Below are positions 57,089 to 64,000 of a stretch of 64,000 nucleotides of DNA, in pieces (positions within the stretch are counted from its first letter, which is position 1; every line of letters begins with the position of its first letter). The stretch is taken from contig OZ245006.1 of assembly GCA_965223545.1 (NCBI GenBank), positions 4,640,001-4,704,000 on the forward strand, read 5' to 3'. The notes beneath the pieces are model-generated. The model was not told the DNA's origin, made no database searches, and saw nothing but the letters and a program-made list of their open reading frames with translations. Source of the stretch: Planctomycetota bacterium (GTDB taxonomy: Bacteria; Planctomycetota; UBA1135; UBA2386). A program made the translations under genes and the position numbers.

Positions 57089-59782
57089 TCAACGCTGTTG
57101 GGCGCGCCGCCGGTTTTCCGGCGCGCCGGTGCCCCATCGGGGTTCGATCAGCTGCCCCTCCCAGTCGGCGATGGCGGCGGTCAGTGCGGCGACCCGATCG
57201 GGGTGTGCACGCGCGAGATCCTCGACTTCGGCGGGATCGCGCCCGAGGTCGAACAGCTGCGGCGCGCCACCGTCGCCGCGATCGGGGACGTACAGCTTCC
57301 AGGCGCCGCGGCGGACGGCGACCGGCCCGGTGGAGCCGAGGTGGCGCCAGAACAGGTGGCGCTCGGGCAGCGTCCCGACCTCGCCCCGCAGGTGCGGCCC
57401 GAGGTCGATGCCGTCGAGCTGCCACTCCGGATCGACCGTGCCGCCGGCCGCGGCGACGAAGGTCGGCAGCAGATCGCGCGCCACCGCCGGGTCGTCGATG
57501 ACCGTGCCTGGCTCGATCACACCGGGCCAGCGAATACAGCAGGGCACGCGCGTGCCGCCTTCCCACAGGGTGCCCTTGGCGCCGCGCAAGGGCGTGTTGA
57601 TCGCGCCGGTCTTGGTCTGCCCCCCGTTGTCGTTGGTGAACACGACGAGCGTGCGCTCTTCGACGCCGGCGCGGCGCAAGGCATCCAACACGGTGCCGAC
57701 CGCGTCGTCCATGGCAACGACCAGCCCGGCGTACTTGCGTCGGCGCATCGGCTCGATCGCCGCCAGCGCTGCCAAGTCCTCGGGTTTGGCCTGCAGCGGC
57801 CCGTGCGGCGCGGTGAACGACACGAACAGGAAGAATGGCTCGTCGGCGTGTTCTTCGATGAAGCGTGCTGCCGCCGCCGCCAGTCGATCGGTCAGGTAGC
57901 CCTCTTCGGCGGTCGGGTCGCGGTCGTCCAGGATGACGCGGTGTGGCGTCGGCTCGTCATAGGGCCAGTAGCTGCGCGAACCCTGCAGACAGCCGTAGAA
58001 CCAGTCGAAGCCGCGCGCGTTGGGGTGGTACCCGTCCGGGTAGCCGAGGTGCCATTTGCCGACGCAGGCCGTGGCGTAGCCGAGTGCGCGCATCCGGTCA
58101 GCGATGGTGGCCTCGTCGAGCGGCAACCCACCGTCTCGGTAGCCCGGTGGGATGTTGCACTCGTGGCCGAAGCGCTGCTGGTAGCGACCGGTAACGAGGC
58201 CGGCGCGCGACGGCGAACACACCGGTGCAGACATGTAGAAGTCGGTCAGCCGCGCGCCGCCCGTGGCGATCGTGTCGATGTGCGGAGTCAGGCCGGCCAT
58301 CGCCGCGTCGGTGTGTTCCTGAAAGCCGAAGTCGGCGTAGCCCGCGTCGTCCGCCAGCAGCAGCACGACGTTCGGTGGCTTGCGTTCGGGCTGGCTCTCC
58401 TCGCCGATGCAGACCACGTGGCCGCGGGTGCGGAACAGGAGCGTGCCCTCGGCGATCGCCGGGGTCGCCATGCAGATCTCGTTCAAGGTCCCACGCGCGG
58501 CGAGCTCGAACTTGGCCGCCGCGGCGACGACGAACACCTCGCCCTCTTCGTTGGTGAAGTAGACCGCCCCGTCGCCGGCGACGGGCGAGGCGCTCATCCC
58601 GGCCGACCCGTCGCCGAGTCGTTCGCGGTAGAGCTCCTCGCCGGTCTTCGCGTCGAAGGCGGCGACGACGCCGTTGTCCTGGCCGAACCAGGCGATGTCG
58701 CGATAGACGATCGGCGTCTGCATGTAGGTGCCCCGCCGCGACACGGTCCAAGCGACGTGCTCGCCGGGTTGTTCCGCAGTCGGTACGCCGAGGTCGCCGG
58801 CGGCATCTGCGCGCACCGCGAAGATCGGCTTGAGCGGATGGTTGCGCTGCAGCGGCCGGTGATTGCTGGTGAGGTAGACCAACCCCTCGGCGAGGACCGG
58901 AGTCGGCACCGGGATGCCGCCGCCGCCCGCCATGCGCCACACCTCGGCACCGTCGGTGAGCCGGTACGCGCCCATGTGCTTGCATCCGTTGACGACGATG
59001 AGTGCGTCGCTTCCGGCACGGATCGCGGTCGGCGTCGCCCAGCCGGGCACGTCGTCGCGCGCGACGCGCCAGCGCTCGGCCCCGGTCTGCAGATCGAACG
59101 CAGCGAGGAACGGCGCCTGCTTGACGTCGGCCTGCACGATGACCAGTCCGCCGGCGATGATCGGTGAGCTGGCGAAGCCCCAGTGCAGGTCCATCGAGTC
59201 GTGCGGACCGACGTCGAGCGCGCCGAGGTCGGTGTTCCACAGCAGCTCGCCTTCGACCGAGTAGCAATACAGGCCGCCGGTGGCGAACAGAGCGCACACG
59301 CGTTCTCCATCGGTGACGGGGGTCGAGTTGGCGTGCGTCGCCTTGGTGTGCCGTGCGAACGCGGGTTGCCCGCGGACCGCGGTCCGCCGCCATTCGATCG
59401 CACCGGTCCGGCGGTTCAGGCAGAACAGGGCGAACTCGTGTTCGACCATGTCGTCCGCCGAGTCACCGGCACCGTAGAGGCCGATCTTCAGCTCGGGGTC
59501 GTGGTCGGTGGCGATGGCAGAGACGACGAACACGCGGTTGCCGGCGACCACCGGTGAGGCGTGCGACAAACCCGGGATCGGTGTGCGCCAGCGCACGTTC
59601 TCGTTCTTACCGACATCGAAGTTGCGCGGCAGACGATGGCCGTCGCCGATCCCGCTGGCCTGCGCGCCGCGGAACTGCGGCCACTCCTGCGCGGCTACCG
59701 GCGTTTGGCCTGTTGTCAGGAGCAGGGTCGTGGCGCACGCCAACAGCGCGTGGCGTGGATTCCGGCGGAATGGAATGGGCAT
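57089..59782 (-). CDS. secreted PQQ-type beta-propeller fused to a sulfatase
   Basis: EWPQFRG and SSP/TP repeats, then PNVVLLLADD, CSPSR and GKWHLG. Confidence 0.9.
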   Translation of the reverse strand: MPIPFRRNPRHALLACATTLLLTTGQTPVAAQEWPQFRGAQASGIGDGHRLPRNFDVGKNENVRWRTPIPGLSHASPVVAGNRVFVVSAIATDHDPELKIGLYGAGDSADDMVEHEFALFCLNRRTGAIEWRRTAVRGQPAFARHTKATHANSTPVTDGERVCALFATGGLYCYSVEGELLWNTDLGALDVGPHDSMDLHWGFASSPIIAGGLVIVQADVKQAPFLAAFDLQTGAERWRVARDDVPGWATPTAIRAGSDALIVVNGCKHMGAYRLTDGAEVWRMAGGGGIPVPTPVLAEGLVYLTSNHRPLQRNHPLKPIFAVRADAAGDLGVPTAEQPGEHVAWTVSRRGTYMQTPIVYRDIAWFGQDNGVVAAFDAKTGEELYRERLGDGSAGMSASPVAGDGAVYFTNEEGEVFVVAAAAKFELAARGTLNEICMATPAIAEGTLLFRTRGHVVCIGEESQPERKPPNVVLLLADDAGYADFGFQEHTDAAMAGLTPHIDTIATGGARLTDFYMSAPVCSPSRAGLVTGRYQQRFGHECNIPPGYRDGGLPLDEATIADRMRALGYATACVGKWHLGYPDGYHPNARGFDWFYGCLQGSRSYWPYDEPTPHRVILDDRDPTAEEGYLTDRLAAAAARFIEEHADEPFFLFVSFTAPHGPLQAKPEDLAALAAIEPMRRRKYAGLVVAMDDAVGTVLDALRRAGVEERTLVVFTNDNGGQTKTGAINTPLRGAKGTLWEGGTRVPCCIRWPGVIEPGTVIDDPAVARDLLPTFVAAAGGTVDPEWQLDGIDLGPHLRGEVGTLPERHLFWRHLGSTGPVAVRRGAWKLYVPDRGDGGAPQLFDLGRDPAEVEDLARAHPDRVAALTAAIADWEGQLIEPRWGTGAPENRRRAQQR

Positions 59783-59944
59783 CGATGGCTTCTTGGGGAC
59801 GGCGACGACAAGCATCATAGAAGCGGCCGAGCCGGGAAGGATTCCTGCGTGATCAGGTGGCGTCCAGGCTACGAGAACAGTGTGGTTTCTCGCCCTGCCG
59901 ATCGATGCGCGTCCCGCGCCGCATCGCAGAGTCGATTGCGTGCC

Positions 59945-60715
59945 GTGATCGAGCGGAGTGCTCGACCCTGGACCGAGGCGGAGCTGTGCGCGCCCGCGCT
60001 GGTGGTCGCGCCGCATCCGGACGACGAGACCCTGGGTTGTGGAGCGACCATTGCCGCCAAGCGTCGCGCCGGAGCGCCGCTGGAGATCGTCTTCCTCACC
60101 GACGGCACTGCTTCGCACCGCCGTTTCATACCGGCTCCCGAGCTGCGCGCGCTGCGCCGCGACGAAGCGCTGGCGGCGGCAGGAGTGCTCGGGGTCGACC
60201 CCGCGGCGGTGCACTTCTTCGATTTTCCGGACGGTCAGTTGGCGCGGCATCGGCGCGCTGCCGCCGACCGGTTGCGAGCGTTCCTGGTCGAGCGCCGGGT
60301 GCAGCAACTGTTCGTGCCGTTGCGCCGCGATTGGCCCGGGGATCACGATATGGCCAACCGGATCTTCCGCGATGCTTCGGCCGGCATGGCCCTGTCGTGT
60401 GATGTGTTCGAGTATCCGGTGTGGTTCTGGATGCGCTGGCCTTGGGTGCCCAAGACCTCGCGTGGCATGCGCCGGTGGCTGGCCAAGACGCGGGACCACG
60501 CCCTGTGGCGCAGCGCGCTCCGGTACCGGTTGCGGGCCTACCTGGCGGACCGCGCGGCGTACGGCGCGAAGCGGGAGGCACTCCGCCAGCACCGGACGCA
60601 GATGGAGCGGCGCGGCAACGAGCCGAGTTGGCGCACGCTCGCCGACATGGGCGAAGGCGAGTTCTTGCCCGCGATCACCCAAGAGCTCGAGCTGTTCGGC
60701 CACTGGCGGTCCTGA
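59945..60715 (-). other. no credible minus-strand gene here (shadow extension of ORF 57089-60703); see the + strand PIG-L call
   Basis: The N-terminal extension of the track ORF is antisense to a recognisable deacetylase. Confidence 0.2.
59945..60715 (+). CDS. PIG-L/LmbE family deacetylase
   Basis: APHPDDE.LG.G, TDG..SH, R..E, FPDG.L, DH and K..AL..H.TQ; start uncertain. Confidence 0.9.
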   Translation: MIERSARPWTEAELCAPALVVAPHPDDETLGCGATIAAKRRAGAPLEIVFLTDGTASHRRFIPAPELRALRRDEALAAAGVLGVDPAAVHFFDFPDGQLARHRRAAADRLRAFLVERRVQQLFVPLRRDWPGDHDMANRIFRDASAGMALSCDVFEYPVWFWMRWPWVPKTSRGMRRWLAKTRDHALWRSALRYRLRAYLADRAAYGAKREALRQHRTQMERRGNEPSWRTLADMGEGEFLPAITQELELFGHWRS

Positions 60716-60724
60716 GGCATGTCG

Positions 60725-61840
60725 TCAGACCCACTCGAACCACTGTGCGGCGACCGACTTGAGTCGTAGGTCGCCGCCGTGGTCGCTGCGCCGGAGTGCC
60801 TCGATGAGCTTGATGCCGTGCACCGAACCGGCCCGCGCGGCGCGCTCGGCGAGGACTGGCCACGATGCGGTGGAGGCGCGGACGTGGGCGCCCGGCGTGA
60901 AGGGAACACCGTACGCGGCGAAGGTCGCGACCACCGCTTGGCGCGCGTAGGCGATCAGTCGCGCGCCACTGTTCCGGTCCAGCTCGGGCAGCAGCAGGCC
61001 CGCGGCGGCCGGGCCGGTGACCGTGTGCAGGAGCCAAATGCGATTGCGCTCGGCAACCAGCATCTCCAGGAACCCTGTGGCGGCGGCACGCACGACCACG
61101 TTGAGCTCCGCCGCCGGGTCGCGATCGGTTTGGGCAGCGGCAGCGATCGTCGCCAACGGCACGGTGGTGAGCCGGTCCATCGCGTGGTGGAAGTCGACGT
61201 CCTCGGGGTCGTCGCGCCACGGCGATTGCAACGTGGCCAGAACCGTGACCAGGTCTCGGTCGTCCCGAGGTCGTGCCGGCGCGGGAAGCTCGGCGTAGCG
61301 GGCGGCCCAGTAGGCCAGGCCGATGGCGAGCTCGTGCCGGCGCGGAGCACTGTCTCGATGGCGCAGGGCGCGCACCGCGTGCGCGGTGCGCAGCACGCCG
61401 TGGAACATCGCCGCGGCCAATGCCGGTGCCAGGCGCGGCACCCACCGGCGCACCGTCGACCGCCACGACGACCGCTCGATCTCCGCCGTGAAGAAGTCCC
61501 GCCAGTCGCCGAACCGGTCGTAGTGGCCGAGTGCGTCCAGCGGCGCGGTCAATCGTCCATGCCGCGGAATCGAGCCCGGGTAGAGGGCAGCACCCGTGTG
61601 CCACGGTTCGGCGATGAAGGCCTCGTGGCCCATGGCTTCCAGGGCTTCGGCGGCCATCGTGTAGTGGTTGGTCCCGCCGGCGTTCTCCGGCATGACTTCC
61701 GCGTGAGCGGCCAACAGGCGGTCGAGCCGATCGGGATCGGGGTGCTCGGAATCCTGCTGTGGCGCGCCGCTGTTGGTCGTCTGGCAGCCCGTCAACAGCG
61801 CGCCGCCGGTGGCCAAGAAGTGACGGCGATCGATCTGCAC
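60725..61840 (-). CDS. questin oxidase-like (DUF4243) protein with Tat lipoprotein signal
   Basis: DRRHFL...LTGC; NHY.M, FHG.LR, GLAYWAA, LH.VTG and H.IK. Confidence 0.8.
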   Translation of the reverse strand: MQIDRRHFLATGGALLTGCQTTNSGAPQQDSEHPDPDRLDRLLAAHAEVMPENAGGTNHYTMAAEALEAMGHEAFIAEPWHTGAALYPGSIPRHGRLTAPLDALGHYDRFGDWRDFFTAEIERSSWRSTVRRWVPRLAPALAAAMFHGVLRTAHAVRALRHRDSAPRRHELAIGLAYWAARYAELPAPARPRDDRDLVTVLATLQSPWRDDPEDVDFHHAMDRLTTVPLATIAAAAQTDRDPAAELNVVVRAAATGFLEMLVAERNRIWLLHTVTGPAAAGLLLPELDRNSGARLIAYARQAVVATFAAYGVPFTPGAHVRASTASWPVLAERAARAGSVHGIKLIEALRRSDHGGDLRLKSVAAQWFEWV

Positions 61841-61910
61841 GCGCCCAATCCTACGGCAGCGCGCCGCCGGCAAACATTCGCGACCTCGCGGTGCGCACCG
61901 CTGTGGCATC

Positions 61911-62900
61911 ATGACCGGTGCGATGGCAACGACAGCAGCGATGGGTAGCCGTGCGCGGAGTGGCGTCGTGGCGTTGGCAGCGACCGCGCTCGGGGTCGCC
62001 GCCGTGGCGCAAGAGCCGGCAGTCGAGCCTGCGCAAGAAGGCGCGCAGAACGCGCTGCCGACGGGTTGGCGGTGGGAGTTCGAGCCACGCGCACTCTCGC
62101 GTCCGCTGACCGAGCGCCCCTTCGATCGGCTGACGCGGTTCGGCGCGTTCACCGCGGCCATGCTGCATGGCGGCCGGCAGCGCGTGCGCATGGTGCAGAC
62201 GGTCGGTCTCGAGCTCGAGGGTGCCCGTGCGCTCGAGTTTCGCGTGGTCGCGCAAGCCGAGGACGGCGCGCCGCTGCGGGCGGTGCAGCGCTCGACGATG
62301 GCCAATCCGTTCGCGCGGGTCATCGACTTCGCCGTGCTCACCGAGGATCCGGACGACGTCGCGAGCATCGGTTTGGCCGTGCTCGACTTCGACGGTCGCG
62401 TCGCGGCCTCGGCGTCCGCAGCGGAAGCGGCGCGGGCGGCCGGAGCGCGCGTGCTGCCGCTGCCGGTGATCGGCCAGGCCTACGACTTCGCCCTGCCGAC
62501 GCTGGCCGGTGGCCAGTTCACCGCCAGCGAGTGGCGCGACAAGGTGTTGATGATCGACGCTTGGGCGACCTGGTGAGGCCCGTGCATGGCGAAGATGCCG
62601 GAGCTGGTCGAGCTCCGCGCGAAGTTGGGAGACCGCCTGGTCGTGCTCGGGATCAACTTCGACGACGACGTCGAGGTGGCGCGCGCCGCGATCGCGGAGC
62701 ACGGCCTGAACTGGCCGCAAGTGCACGCGCCGACCGCAGCCGCCGGGGGTGAGTTCTGGGAGCGGGTCACCGGGATCCGGGGCCTGCCGCGCGTCTTCAT
62801 CGTCGACGGGGCGGGAGTGCTGCGCGCCGACGTCTACCCGCACGATCTCGCGGCCGCGGTCGAGCCGTTCTTGCCATCAGGCGCCGCCGATAGGCGCTGA
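61911..62900 (+). CDS. selenocysteine-containing TlpA/ResA-like redoxin (UxxC), exported
   Basis: DAWATW-TGA(62574-62576)-GPC continues in frame into MPELVEL...GINFD...WPQ...GLPRVFIVD; SECIS-like hairpin downstream. Start may be 61941. Confidence 0.88.
62577..62620 (+). promoter_or_regulatory. putative bacterial SECIS element
   Basis: Stem CGGAGCT(62599-62605)/AGCTCCG(62611-62617) with a GGTCG loop 29 nt after the UGA. Confidence 0.7.
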
Positions 62901-63068
62901 AGGCCCGACTGGCCTGAATCGCACCACTACCGGGCGGAAGGCTGCGGAACTTCGCCCGAGACGCTCCGGAAGTGCAAAATTCCTTGCACACAATGGTGGT
63001 CGGCGTCCGTTCCATGTGCGCAAACTGCACAAATTCTTACAGACAAGATCGCGATGGAGGCCAACGAC

Positions 63069-64000
63069 ATGTCGATTCGAACGAGCCCGGCTGCGGCGCT
63101 GCTCGCTGCGGTGGTGTTGACGGTGCAGGCGGTGCTGCCCGCGCAGGATGGCTCCCCGGCCGCGCGGTTCGCCGAGCGCTACTGGGTCTGGGACGCCGCG
63201 CTGAAGCAGTCCTTTCAGGTGATCGCGGAGTGCGAGGCCGCGGCGGCGCCCGACACGCTCGACGACGCGTTCGCCAGTCTCGGTCCGGCAGGGCCGTGGT
63301 GGCCGGTGCCGGGCGAACTGCCGGCGACGTTGGAGACCTTCGTGGGGTTGGACTTCGACGGCGTCGCGGTCGCCCCGGGGCGATACAAGGTCTCGCTCCG
63401 ACGCGGGGGCGACGCGTGGTGGCTCGGGCTCGGCCCCGTGGGAGCCGAACCCGAGCTGGCGCTGGCCTTGCGCTCCGACGATCTCGACGCGGAGCAACCG
63501 CTCGCCCTGCAGGTCGATCAGCGGACCCCCGCGGGGTTCCGGCTGTCCCTGGCGTGGGGGTTCCAGCGCTTGTCGGCGCATGCTCGCGTCGCCTGGGGTG
63601 ACGACCGGGCCGAGGTCGCGGAGCGGCTGTCGGTCATGGGGGGCCGCACGCCGCGGTTGGTCAGCGCGGTGCGACAGGGCACCGGGGAGCGGATGGCCGT
63701 GGCGTACTCGACGGTGCCGTGGAAGCCCGAGCTCGCCGAGCCCGGTGCACTGCAGGCGGCCGCGGAGGAGACCCGCTGGCGGATCGGCAAGAACTTCTGG
63801 ACCACCATCGAGACCGACCGCGCCCTCCGCGCGGGGGCGCACTGGGCCCCCGCGGGTCGCTACTACGCCAGCGTCGACTACACCGCGGACGCGGGCTGGC
63901 AGCTGTGCCTGCACGACCCCGCCACCGTGCGCAACCGGTCGCTCGACGCCTACTGGGCCGCGGACGCGCCGGTCGATCACCGCGTGCCCCTGCGTCTCGA
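63069..64000 (+). CDS. secreted protein with DUF2911-like domain, truncated at the window end (not in the ORF track)
   Basis: GGAGG RBS at 63056-63060, signal peptide MSIRTSPAAALLAAVVLTVQAVLPA, and an in-frame WRIGKNFWTTIET...PAGRY. Confidence 0.75.
   Translation, partial: MSIRTSPAAALLAAVVLTVQAVLPAQDGSPAARFAERYWVWDAALKQSFQVIAECEAAAAPDTLDDAFASLGPAGPWWPVPGELPATLETFVGLDFDGVAVAPGRYKVSLRRGGDAWWLGLGPVGAEPELALALRSDDLDAEQPLALQVDQRTPAGFRLSLAWGFQRLSAHARVAWGDDRAEVAERLSVMGGRTPRLVSAVRQGTGERMAVAYSTVPWKPELAEPGALQAAAEETRWRIGKNFWTTIETDRALRAGAHWAPAGRYYASVDYTADAGWQLCLHDPATVRNRSLDAYWAADAPVDHRVPLRL

Noticed and set aside
62574..62576. Nonsense mutation making the redoxin a pseudogene
   Set aside because: The UGA falls exactly on the catalytic Cys, both halves are intact, and a SECIS-like hairpin follows, so Sec is the better explanation.

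Overview
GC-rich bacterial chromosome segment, most likely from a Planctomycetota genome. This is an inference from the STK-type kinase, planctomycete-type ECF sigma, ELWxxDGT repeats, PQQ-propeller/sulfatase proteins and many secreted proteins. I see no rRNA, tRNA, CRISPR array or transposase. Contents: the end of a biotin carboxylase/BCCP pair, a block of secreted beta-propeller/protease genes and a Ser/Thr kinase, an amidohydrolase pair, MYG1, PhoX, MFS, ftrA/rhodanese, an orphan RiPP-type B12 radical SAM gene cluster, a vitellogenin/LLTP-like gene pair, a TonB2(Ttp)-type uptake locus, sulfatases and a compact his operon with two fusions. Less obvious signals: (1) a selenoprotein redoxin (W-U-G-P-C with a bSECIS-like hairpin) that the ORF track splits in two; (2) a His-rich leader peptide with full attenuator geometry before hisG; (3) an LLTP-like pair whose genes share an identical bipartite promoter motif; (4) a ~130-aa C-terminal domain shared by five unrelated secreted proteins; (5) a 28-bp intergenic palindromic repeat in four copies, one with a flipped core; (6) a circularly permuted SGNH hydrolase. 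All family calls come from motif recognition by eye; no searches were run.
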